Shown here piece by piece: positions 1 through 8,193 of a stretch of DNA of 64,000 nt. Origin of the DNA: a virus; the IMG/VR virus record IMGVR_UViG_3300018933_000001, positions 82,538 to 146,537 of that record, one strand, 5' to 3'. The notes beneath the pieces were generated by a model. It saw only the letters and a program-made list of their open reading frames with translations. It was not told the origin of the DNA and searched no databases. The number at the start of each line of letters is the position of its first letter. Positions within the stretch are counted from its first letter, which is position 1. The position numbers were made by a program, and so were the translations under genes.

Positions 1-1
1 T

Positions 2-718
2 TTTTTAAGAGGTAAAAGCGTTCACAATCCAACTACTCTAACATTATCTACTAAGATACCTAGGATTAAATCTGGTACTCGACATTACAGTAGAGGAGAT
101 GATGGAACTAGCGAGTTTATCAAAGGTATTCGATTACCTAAACATTCTCCTGCTCACTTAGTTTACTCAGCTTTAGAGTTTAGTAAATGGTGTTGTAGTA
201 AGATTTTACTGAATAATACTAAATTCCCGTTCCTAGAAGAATTTGAGGTTTATCAATTACAGTGGTTTATTGAGAATCTACATTCATTAGGAGCATTTTG
301 TTTTAACTGGGGAAGTGACGACTCTATTCACCACATCTTTCCTATTGAGGTGTTAGATACTATTGAAAAACGAATTGAATATCTGCAAACTACAGAAGTC
401 AATGGGAAAACTTTAGGAGATTGTCAAGATTTTCTTTCTTTTACAGATGGAAAGTTACTGAGTTTAGATTTAGCCAGACTAGCTTTTCGGATTCTAGAAA
501 CTACTTATACTCTTTGGCATTTCACTCTTTATGGGTTAAAGAAGATGGAAGGAGCAAGATTAGATACATCTGCTCTTATTAACAGAACTAGCACTTATCT
601 ATTTTGGGTTAGTAGATATTCTACCCTTAAGCTCAATTTAGATGAGAACATTTGGGAGTCTAAAGTAGGTAATTATAATCCGCCTGAGTTTAAACTTAAG
701 GAGAAAGATAATGAGTAA
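2..718 (+). CDS. PduO/YvqK-type ATP:cob(I)alamin adenosyltransferase-like protein (5' partial)
   Basis: Frame is open from position 2, upstream of the track ORF at 350. It reads YSRGDDGTSEFIKGIRLPKHS (cf. YTRTGDxGTT..GxRVxK), LDLARLAFRILET (cf. LHxARTVxRRAER) and LINRTSTYLFWVSRY (cf. YLNRLSDxLFxLAR). Confidence 0.75.
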   Translation, partial: FLRGKSVHNPTTLTLSTKIPRIKSGTRHYSRGDDGTSEFIKGIRLPKHSPAHLVYSALEFSKWCCSKILLNNTKFPFLEEFEVYQLQWFIENLHSLGAFCFNWGSDDSIHHIFPIEVLDTIEKRIEYLQTTEVNGKTLGDCQDFLSFTDGKLLSLDLARLAFRILETTYTLWHFTLYGLKKMEGARLDTSALINRTSTYLFWVSRYSTLKLNLDENIWESKVGNYNPPEFKLKEKDNE

Positions 719-923
719 AGCTACGGAATATAGATTGCAGTATCATCAAGTATTTCAAGTAATGAATGCTACACAAGATGACATTATAAATTCTTTAGGA
801 AATTTAATAGAAGATATGTTATCTGAAATGGAAAGTTTAGAAGAATATGCCTCAAAAGAGCATCAAGCAAAAAGACTAAGACAAGAAGCTTCTGCTAGAA
901 CAGGTATTAAACTTGAAAAATAA
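711..923 (+). CDS. Hypothetical protein, helical module A only
   Basis: Overlaps both neighbours; LIEDMLSEMESLE resembles the N-termini of ORFs 2238, 4172 and 12710. Confidence 0.7.
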   Translation: MSKATEYRLQYHQVFQVMNATQDDIINSLGNLIEDMLSEMESLEEYASKEHQAKRLRQEASARTGIKLEK

Positions 924-924
924 T

Positions 925-1389
925 ATGACACAACAAATACACAATATCGGCATCAAACTTCTTCATCCAAATGCTCAAGTACCTAAGAAAGCTAATCCTA
1001 CAGATTCTTGTTACGATGTTGTAGCTGTTAGAAGAGAAGAGTTATGGACAGATGATGTTTATTATGGGGGTAGAATTTACGGGTATGAGTACCATTTAGG
1101 TTTTGCTTTAGATTTACCTTCAAATACTGAATTACAAGTAAGAGCAAGAAGTTCTATATTCAAAACTGGTCTTATCTTAAGTAATGGGATAGGGACAGGG
1201 GATGAAGGTTATACAGGAGAATATAGTGTAGTGTTCTACCATGTTGTACCTGAATTACCTCCTTATGAAGTTGGAGATAGAGTAGCTCAGATTATGTGTA
1301 GCAATAGAGCAGATATAGATTTCAATTTAGTAGAAGAGTTGCCAGATAAAGATAGAGGCTCAAAAGGCTGGGGAAGCACAGGTAATTAG
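925..1389 (+). CDS. dut: Trimeric dUTPase
   Basis: Motifs CYDV, RSS, GTGDEGYTGE, GDRVAQ, RGSKGWGSTG. ATG at 925 preferred over TTG at 913. Confidence 0.95.
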   Translation: MTQQIHNIGIKLLHPNAQVPKKANPTDSCYDVVAVRREELWTDDVYYGGRIYGYEYHLGFALDLPSNTELQVRARSSIFKTGLILSNGIGTGDEGYTGEYSVVFYHVVPELPPYEVGDRVAQIMCSNRADIDFNLVEELPDKDRGSKGWGSTGN

Positions 1390-1411
1390 TAATCAAAACA
1401 GGAGAATAATT

Positions 1412-1609
1412 ATGGGAGTTAGACAAGCTATTGTTCGTGGATTTCTTAAACTAAACATTTTTGCTAGAACACCTCATGTAAAAGAAGAATCAGGGTTTAT
1501 CTCAGAAGAAGAAGCTCTAGAAGAAATAATTGAGAAAGCTAAAAATACTGAAGAATACAAGGAACATCAAAGAAAGAAAGATAAGAAGTATAATCCTTTT
1601 AACTTCTAA
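1412..1609 (+). CDS. Hypothetical protein
   Basis: AGGAG RBS upstream, 65 aa. Confidence 0.7.
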   Translation: MGVRQAIVRGFLKLNIFARTPHVKEESGFISEEEALEEIIEKAKNTEEYKEHQRKKDKKYNPFNF

Positions 1610-1630
1610 CTGAGTTACTAGCAAACCTAT

Positions 1631-1662
1631 AGGCTCTCTACTAATACTGGGGAGCTTTTCTT
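1631..1662 (+). terminator. Possible intrinsic terminator or attenuator hairpin
   Basis: AGGCTCTC...GGGAGCTT stem followed by TTCTT, immediately before the alkB-like start. Confidence 0.45.
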
Positions 1663-2238
1663 ATGAACTCCACAACCTACAATTTACCCAACGCAGACAT
1701 TATCTACTTCCCAGAATTCTTTGATAAAGATGACAGTTTCTATTTCTATACTAAACTCTTCAACAGCATTAAATGGGAAACTAAAATTCTTAACTTTTCA
1801 GGTAGAGAAGTACCAATTCCTCGACTAACAGCTTGGTACGGAGAGAAACCTTATACTTATTCTGGGATGAAACTAGAACCTAATCCTTGGACATCTACTT
1901 TACTCGCTCTCAAATCTGCTCTTGAAAAAGAAGCAAATCATTCATTTAACAGTGTTCTACTAAATCTCTATAGGGATGGTAAAGATTCTGTTGCTTGGCA
2001 TTCTGACGATGAAAAAGAATTAGGTATAAATCCAGTAATTGCGTCTATTAGTTTCGGTGGTACAAGGGACTTTAAGTTAAAACACAAATATGAAAATATC
2101 AAAGAAACAATAGAACTTACAAATGGTAGTCTTCTAATAATGAAAGGAGAAACACAACATTATTGGCAACATTCAATCCCTAAGACTACGAAGAAAGTAG
2201 AACCAAGAATTAATCTTACTTTTAGGACTATTTACTAA
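1663..2238 (+). CDS. alkB: AlkB-family 2OG-Fe(II) dioxygenase (ALKBH2/3-like)
   Basis: PRLTAWYG, NSVLLNLYRDGKDSVAWHSDDE (HxD), WQHSIPK, RINLTFR. Confidence 0.93.
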   Translation: MNSTTYNLPNADIIYFPEFFDKDDSFYFYTKLFNSIKWETKILNFSGREVPIPRLTAWYGEKPYTYSGMKLEPNPWTSTLLALKSALEKEANHSFNSVLLNLYRDGKDSVAWHSDDEKELGINPVIASISFGGTRDFKLKHKYENIKETIELTNGSLLIMKGETQHYWQHSIPKTTKKVEPRINLTFRTIY

Positions 2239-2726
2239 TGAAAACTTATAAACAGCACGAAAGTAGACTTGAATCAATAAGGTTATATATCAAAAGAGAA
2301 AGAGAAGATTATAGTCTTTATTCACCAGAAATGATAGATGAATACGACCAATTTGCTCAAGAGATGTTAGAAACTATTCAAGAATTAGAGAAACAAACTA
2401 AGAGAACTAATAAGTTAATCTACAAGAAAAGAAAAAAAGATAGGTCAGATATTCCAATTATCCAAGAAGATTTTGTTAATGTTGGCTATTTAGATATTGA
2501 TGAAGAGATAGTTTTTAATGAAGTTAGCTCCGAGTTTTTCTATTTAAATGATAGATTTAGCTTGACTTTTTATGTTAAGGAAAACAGAGAATTTGTTCCT
2601 TTCTATCCAAAGAGTTTAGTGTTAGAAGTGATTCAATCTCCTTCACAATTCAGTGATAAAGACTTCTGTGCAGTGGGATTTATTGCAGATAATAACTACA
2701 TTCCTTACGACCGAATTATTGAGTAG
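2238..2726 (+). CDS. Hypothetical protein, modules A+B
   Basis: EMLETIQELE helix plus VNVGYLDIDEEIVFNE...VGFIAD..YIPYDRII. Confidence 0.8.
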   Translation: MKTYKQHESRLESIRLYIKREREDYSLYSPEMIDEYDQFAQEMLETIQELEKQTKRTNKLIYKKRKKDRSDIPIIQEDFVNVGYLDIDEEIVFNEVSSEFFYLNDRFSLTFYVKENREFVPFYPKSLVLEVIQSPSQFSDKDFCAVGFIADNNYIPYDRIIE

Positions 2727-2734
2727 GAGGTTTT

Positions 2735-4150
2735 ATGCCAGATATATCCCAACAACTACTACAGTTAAGAAAAGAATTAGGATTTACACAAAAAGAATTA
2801 GCTAATTTAGTTGGTATTGACCAAACAATGATTTCTGATTACGAGCGAGGAAAGTTTATTCCTACTCAGAAGACTATTAATAAATTTGCTAAGCAAGGAA
2901 TAGTTATAGATTTAGACTCAAATCAAGTAGCACAAGTGAAAAATTATCAAACCAGAGAAAGTAATAAGGAGCAAGAAATGATAAACATCCCAAAACAAAT
3001 CATAAACCTAAGAGAAAACTTATGTCTTAATCAAAGTTCTTTTGCTCGAAAGATTGGAGTTAGCCCAACAACTTTATGCGAGATTGAGTCTGGTAAAAGA
3101 GATATATCTGCTACAACTTTGAAAAAGATAAAAGATAAGGTAGGGGTAGATTTAGAGGTAAACGTCCCAACTAACATCCAAATACAAACTGCTGCAAAAG
3201 AAATATCTGATAAGTTTGGGATTACTTGGTTTGACAATAAGGAAGAAGAAACAATGAGTCAAGAAATAGGTCACGTAAGATTTACTTTCAATATTGAGAA
3301 TGAAATCTTTGAACTAATCTACTCTTCTTATAAAGAGACAAGGGAAACTACTCACATTTATAATCTTATTCTCAATCAAGAATACTTTGACTTTACTAAG
3401 TTTCTATCTAAGAAATATCCAAATCAAATTAGAAATCTAGAAATACAAAACATCCAAAAGGTTTTGTTATTAGTCTCTAGTAATAAAACTAACTATTTCT
3501 ACACTCTAAAAATTGTAGGAGCTGGTATGACAGGAATTGTTACTTTTAAACCTTCTAAATTTGAAGACGTGATAGAGAAACCAGATATGAGAGAAGAACC
3601 TATTATAAGAGCAGTAGTAGAGAAGAAAAAAGAAGAATCAAATCCTGAACGAAACATCCTTATTCTCTGTCAAAAAATTATTCAAATCCGCGACGTATTC
3701 AACGAGTTGCTAGAACAAGCAGAAGCAGTAGTTCAGCCAATTGCAGATAAACAAATCGAAGATAAAGTTAAAAAAGAACAAGAGAAGAAAGAACCTAAAA
3801 TAGTAGAAGTAGTTCACAAAGCTTTTAAACAAGAAGTAGGGACTATTAATTATATCCAAGTAGGAACAGTTAATGATAAGAATCAAGTAATATTTAACAC
3901 TCCTCCATTATCAGAAGCTAAATGTAAAGAGAAACAAAAATATCAATGGAAAACTTATCACTTAGCTTTTATTTATCAAACTGTCTGGACTTATAATAGT
4001 GGGGAAACTAAAGCAGGACAATTTAAAGAGTTTGTCCCTACTAATAAGATTCAAGAAATTGAGTCTACGGATGGCAGAGGAGTTATTGGTTATGTAGAAT
4101 ACAAAGCCGGAATAGTAGAAGTTATCTATTACGATAGATTTGTTGATTAA
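2735..4150 (+). CDS. Tandem XRE-HTH regulator fused to an unknown domain and module B
   Basis: Two HTH_3 signatures (LRKELGFTQKELANLVGIDQTMISDYERG; LRENLCLNQSSFARKIGVSPTTLCEIESG) and C-terminal IQVGTVNDKNQVIFN...IGYVEY..IYYDRFVD. Confidence 0.85.
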   Translation: MPDISQQLLQLRKELGFTQKELANLVGIDQTMISDYERGKFIPTQKTINKFAKQGIVIDLDSNQVAQVKNYQTRESNKEQEMINIPKQIINLRENLCLNQSSFARKIGVSPTTLCEIESGKRDISATTLKKIKDKVGVDLEVNVPTNIQIQTAAKEISDKFGITWFDNKEEETMSQEIGHVRFTFNIENEIFELIYSSYKETRETTHIYNLILNQEYFDFTKFLSKKYPNQIRNLEIQNIQKVLLLVSSNKTNYFYTLKIVGAGMTGIVTFKPSKFEDVIEKPDMREEPIIRAVVEKKKEESNPERNILILCQKIIQIRDVFNELLEQAEAVVQPIADKQIEDKVKKEQEKKEPKIVEVVHKAFKQEVGTINYIQVGTVNDKNQVIFNTPPLSEAKCKEKQKYQWKTYHLAFIYQTVWTYNSGETKAGQFKEFVPTNKIQEIESTDGRGVIGYVEYKAGIVEVIYYDRFVD

Positions 4151-4171
4151 TTACTAGAAGGGGAGAAGTAA

Positions 4172-4753
4172 ATGACATATAAACACTTTGAGTATGAAAA
4201 GCAACAGATAGCGAATAGTTGGAGTGCTGATGCTAATAATCAAGAACTCTGGAAATTAGTTCAAGATATGTTGACTTATATCAAAGAAAAGGAATCTGGG
4301 ACTATTATAACTGAGAAAGAAGTACAGAAGAAAATGGAACAAGAAATCCTAATGAAAACAAGAGGGGTATACAAATATGTAACTTCTTGCTATTACAAAG
4401 ATAATACATCTACTAAGAATGCTTTGGTTCAAGTAGGTTACTTAGATTTAGATGACAACATTGTTTTCAATGAGCCAGATAAAGAATTTGTAGGTAAGCC
4501 AGACACATTAGTTAGATATCTCCCGGGTTTCATGGTTAGAGGATATCGTAGTTGTGAGGAATGCGTACCGATTACCAACTCTCATAACGGTAAAGATACT
4601 AGAGAAATTAATGAAGTGATTAGTAATAGTAGCGTTATTCATTACTCTCCTTCTACTTATGGTAGCTCTCCTAAAGTAACTTATGCCATTATTGGTTACT
4701 TGAACGAAGACGGGGAACTTGTCTACTACAACCAAATAGCTAACAAAGAGTAA
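4172..4753 (+). CDS. Hypothetical protein, modules A+B
   Basis: VQDMLTYIKEKE; VQVGYLDLDDNIVFNEP...IIGYLNEDGELVYYNQI. Confidence 0.8.
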   Translation: MTYKHFEYEKQQIANSWSADANNQELWKLVQDMLTYIKEKESGTIITEKEVQKKMEQEILMKTRGVYKYVTSCYYKDNTSTKNALVQVGYLDLDDNIVFNEPDKEFVGKPDTLVRYLPGFMVRGYRSCEECVPITNSHNGKDTREINEVISNSSVIHYSPSTYGSSPKVTYAIIGYLNEDGELVYYNQIANKE

Positions 4754-4856
4754 TTAGTAGTTTAAGAGAGGAGGTTACTAACTCTCTATTAGAAAAAGGA
4801 AGGAATAGTGACTAATCCAAACAATCCACTTAACTTAATAGAGTTCGATTTAGGGA

Positions 4857-5324
4857 GTGAAGAAGATGAATAATAAAGAAAGACTAAGAATCCACAAACT
4901 GCATTATGCTAGTTTAGCCGAAAAAATTAAAGATGATAAAGACTTAACTAATCTCATAGAATGGTTAATTTCTGACCTTGAATCTTATGTTAAAAGAGAA
5001 GAAGAGTTATTCGACATTGAGAATCACATTCTTCGGATTGATTATAGAGATTACAAGTTCAAGATTTATTTAGACGCTGAAAGAAATACTTTAGTTGGAG
5101 ATGTTCTACTAAATGATGAAATAGATGTAATTGGGTTGGAATCTGATTCTCTTACTAATTTACTAAACGAACTGGAAAGCGAAGTAGACGAACAAATTAA
5201 TTACAGATACCAAAGTCAACTAGCAAAAGAGATTATTCAATATCAAGACAGAATAAAAGAGTTAGAACAAGAGATAAAAAAGAAACAGTATTCTGAACCA
5301 ATGTGGATTTATTGTGGAGGTTAA
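4857..5324 (+). CDS. Module A plus HicB-like domain protein
   Basis: YRDYKFKIYLDAERNTLVGDV...DVIGLESDSLTNLLNELESEVDE matches the HicB N-terminal consensus. Start may be ATG 4866. Confidence 0.65.
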   Translation: MKKMNNKERLRIHKLHYASLAEKIKDDKDLTNLIEWLISDLESYVKREEELFDIENHILRIDYRDYKFKIYLDAERNTLVGDVLLNDEIDVIGLESDSLTNLLNELESEVDEQINYRYQSQLAKEIIQYQDRIKELEQEIKKKQYSEPMWIYCGG

Positions 5325-5327
5325 ATA

Positions 5328-5552
5328 ATGATTACTAAGATAATGAAATTCAAATGTGAATGTAACGGTTACGTCTTAGTTCTTGAAGAAATAGAGAAAA
5401 ACTGTTATAAAACTTTCTGCTATGAAATACCTTATTTCTGTGAAGAACTCTGGAAAGCAGATTTAAACACTATCATTGGTAGCTTTGTTCTAAAAGTATC
5501 AGGAATTAAAAGAAACGAAGAAAAAACAATCCGCATAGTTACTAGAGATTAG
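5328..5552 (+). CDS. Small protein with a divergent HicB-like domain
   Basis: GGAGG RBS; CNGYVLVLEE...YKTFCYEI...IIGSFVLKV. Confidence 0.5.
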   Translation: MITKIMKFKCECNGYVLVLEEIEKNCYKTFCYEIPYFCEELWKADLNTIIGSFVLKVSGIKRNEEKTIRIVTRD

Positions 5553-5580
5553 TCTTGTACCTTTCTTTTTAAGAAACACT

Positions 5581-5814
5581 ATGAGAAAACCTACTTTGCC
5601 TGAAGCTGCATTTTTAGCTGTTACTTCTACTACAGCGGTAGTATCTAGTGCAATTTTAGTACCAGAAATAGCTGAAGAAGTTGGACAAGCTATGCAACAA
5701 GCTGCTCAATCTTCAACTCCTGAAAATGATTTTAATAACGGGTATTTAGCTGGAGGTATTACAGTTGCTTCTGGTGTTGGAGCTGTAATGTATAAAAAAG
5801 CTAACGAACCTTAA
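5581..5814 (+). CDS. Small membrane protein
   Basis: Two hydrophobic Ala/Gly/Val-rich segments. Confidence 0.65.
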   Translation: MRKPTLPEAAFLAVTSTTAVVSSAILVPEIAEEVGQAMQQAAQSSTPENDFNNGYLAGGITVASGVGAVMYKKANEP

Positions 5815-5925
5815 GTAAATAGTCAAGGGTGCATATATTAATCAATTAACTTAAGAGGATAAATGGATTTCTGTAAAAAATAGTCGCTACAGAAGCTAGA
5901 AAAGGAATACTGAGGAGAAAACAGA

Positions 5926-6318
5926 ATGACTAAATATCAAGAGTTTCAAGAAAAAATGAAAAATGTCCCTACTGTCTGTGGTTATGATTCCAAAGATGTA
6001 GTAGCACTAAAATATAAACAGTTATTAGAAAAAGTCTTAGAAGAATTCAAACTATTAGAAGACAATTTAGAGTGGAGAAGAAAAGTTGAAGCTAAAGAAT
6101 GGGGAGATGATGATATTGATTACTTTGAGTCAGGTGAAGAAAGAAAAGTATGGGATGAACTGATGAAACAGAAAATAGAAGAAACTAAGACTAATCCACC
6201 TTGCCACAATCTAGTATCAAAAATACTCAAGAACAATCCTCAAGTAGTTGATGAGCTTTTTCAACTGTTATCTGATTTCAAATTCAAAGTAGAAGAAGGT
6301 ATTGGTGAGGAAGAATAG
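5926..6318 (+). CDS. Hypothetical protein, modules A+D
   Basis: GAGGAG RBS; C-terminal ILKNNPQVVDELFQLLSDFK. Confidence 0.75.
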   Translation: MTKYQEFQEKMKNVPTVCGYDSKDVVALKYKQLLEKVLEEFKLLEDNLEWRRKVEAKEWGDDDIDYFESGEERKVWDELMKQKIEETKTNPPCHNLVSKILKNNPQVVDELFQLLSDFKFKVEEGIGEEE

Positions 6319-6372
6319 AAAGAGTTATTAGGGTGCTTTTACTAAACTAACCAAAACAAGAGATAGAAAATT

Positions 6373-7002
6373 ATGAAACCTCAAGAGCGACTAGAAAAAC
6401 TTACAGAATCTATTGAAAAGACAAAAGAAATTATTAGACTAAATAAAAATATAGATGATTCTACACCAATAGATTACTGGGAACTATGGTTAGACCAACA
6501 AGAATATGCAAGAAAAGATTTAGTACAAGAGATAGCAAAAGAGAGTAAAGAAATGAAAGAAGGACTCAGAACCCTAAATACCTTAATTACTTACAAAGGC
6601 TACGAACTATTAGTAGAAGTAGTACATTTTATTCCTGAGAAATCTTATAACTTAGAGAAAAGACATATTCCTAGTGGTTATACTACTTATGGTGGAAAAT
6701 GCAAAGAGATTAATTTTGTTAAAGGTCTTTGTTTAGAACTTCATGAATTAGCAGATGAATTTAAGAAAGCTGTCAACGAGAAGCTGAAGCTAGACAAAGA
6801 AAAGATAGAAGAACCTAAAAATAAAACTGTTAACCATCTTAGAACACAATTAGATAGATTAGCTCAAAGAGATAAAGAAGTTAACTTTACACCGTTTGAG
6901 TTAAGAGGACAGTTAATAGAGATATATCATTTGTTTGGTAAGATTCTAGGTATAACTTTAGATGATATTTATAGATACTACTTTGAGAGAGCTGAGAAAT
7001 AA
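6373..7002 (+). CDS. Hypothetical protein with a central HicB-like domain
   Basis: ITYKGYELLVEV...YGGKCKEI...LHELADEFKKAVNE. Confidence 0.65.
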   Translation: MKPQERLEKLTESIEKTKEIIRLNKNIDDSTPIDYWELWLDQQEYARKDLVQEIAKESKEMKEGLRTLNTLITYKGYELLVEVVHFIPEKSYNLEKRHIPSGYTTYGGKCKEINFVKGLCLELHELADEFKKAVNEKLKLDKEKIEEPKNKTVNHLRTQLDRLAQRDKEVNFTPFELRGQLIEIYHLFGKILGITLDDIYRYYFERAEK

Positions 7003-7064
7003 ATAAGTAAAAGAGGGAGCTATTAAACTCCCTTAAACATCTTAAAAACTAAGAGGAATAAATA

Positions 7065-7358
7065 ATGGCTAAGAAAGTATTTAAATATAGTGATGATAAC
7101 GGCAAGTTTGTAGAAGTAGGAGTATTAACAGATAGCGAAGAAGTAATATTCCACGAACCAATTAGAGGAAGAATGACTTGTATTGCTCTGTATTATCCAG
7201 ATTTCTACATTCAAAAAGAAGACGGAGAATATGATGAAGTATTACCTACTAAAATTAGAAGAGAGATTATTACTAATATAGAGGGGCTGAATTATACCCT
7301 TGGTTATATTGACCATAACGATAAAGTTGTATTTTATGACCAATATCTAGCTAACTAA
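7065..7358 (+). CDS. Hypothetical protein, module B only
   Basis: GAGGA RBS; VEVGVLTDSEEVIFHEP...LGYIDHNDKVVFYDQY. Confidence 0.8.
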   Translation: MAKKVFKYSDDNGKFVEVGVLTDSEEVIFHEPIRGRMTCIALYYPDFYIQKEDGEYDEVLPTKIRREIITNIEGLNYTLGYIDHNDKVVFYDQYLAN

Positions 7359-7371
7359 TAGGACAAAACTT

Positions 7372-7761
7372 ATGACTCTGGAATCTCTCACTGCTAAGTT
7401 ACTTACAGACCCTGAAGTTAAGAGACATTACGAGGAGATGAAGATGGAATTTAACATTGCTAAAGAAATCATTAAACTTAGAACCAAGTTCGGATTAACC
7501 CAAAGACAATTAGCAGAGAAAGTAGGTATTAAACAACCTCAATTGGCTAGGATTGAAACAGGTAAACAGTTAGCTAGATTGGATACTTTGAAATTGATAG
7601 CTGAAAGTATGGGTTATTCAGTAGAAATCAGATTGGTTCCTCAAGAAACAGAACAAACAGCAGAAGAATTTGAAGAAGAGTATCATCGCAGAATAACTAG
7701 AGTAGAAAATGGAGAGGATGATGAGAATTGTTGGATTGAATATCCTACTAGAGAAGAATAA
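7372..7761 (+). CDS. XRE-family HTH protein (antitoxin-like)
   Basis: LLTDPEVKRHYEE...IAKEIIKLRTKFGLTQRQLAEKVGIKQPQLARIETG, typical of XRE partners of RelE/Gp49-like toxins. Confidence 0.85.
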   Translation: MTLESLTAKLLTDPEVKRHYEEMKMEFNIAKEIIKLRTKFGLTQRQLAEKVGIKQPQLARIETGKQLARLDTLKLIAESMGYSVEIRLVPQETEQTAEEFEEEYHRRITRVENGEDDENCWIEYPTREE

Positions 7762-7779
7762 CTTATTAGGAGAAAATAA

Positions 7780-8037
7780 ATGGTTGCTAGTTATATCAAC
7801 GGTCAGAATGAGAGATTTTTTGTTATAGAAGACTACACTATTAATGGATTTAATATCCAAATAGATAAGAAAGAAGCTACTGAAGAGTTCTATGGTAAAA
7901 TATATAACTCTTATGAGCCTTATGATTTAATCAAGACTATGAAAGATTTAGATTTAGAGAATCTAAAAAATAGTATTAAGGATTATACTTATAAGCTAAT
8001 TTTATTAGGGAACTCTTTAATAATGAGTAATTACTAA
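7780..8037 (+). CDS. Small protein with a divergent HicB-like domain
   Basis: AGGAG RBS; INGFNIQID...FYGKI...DLENLKNSIKDY. Confidence 0.55.
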   Translation: MVASYINGQNERFFVIEDYTINGFNIQIDKKEATEEFYGKIYNSYEPYDLIKTMKDLDLENLKNSIKDYTYKLILLGNSLIMSNY

Positions 8038-8130
8038 TTTTTAAATAACTAATAGGAAGAGGTAGATTATTATTCAAGATATTTTTAGATTCTTTTCTAA
8101 ATTTAACTGAAATAATAACTTACCATCCTC

Positions 8131-8193
8131 ACTGCTACTTTTTTATTAATCTCTGGGTATACCGACTTTAGAGATTCTAAAAAATTACCGCAA
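8131..8193 (-). repeat. 63-bp element, copy L (inverted relative to R1 and R2)
   Basis: ACTGCTACTTTTTTATTA...TACCGCAA; 42/63 ungapped identity to the reverse complement of 10053-10115 (hand count). Abuts the helicase stop codon. Confidence 0.85.

Noticed and set aside
1663-2238. AlkB as a TET/JBP-like DNA hypermodification enzyme partnering the GT2
   Set aside because: The sequence matches ordinary ALKBH2/3-type repair demethylases and lies more than 21 kb from the glycosyltransferase.
4808-5912. Mini-ORFs with RBS at 4808 (21 aa) and about 5863 (6 aa)
   Set aside because: Too short to support; probably remnants of deleted genes.
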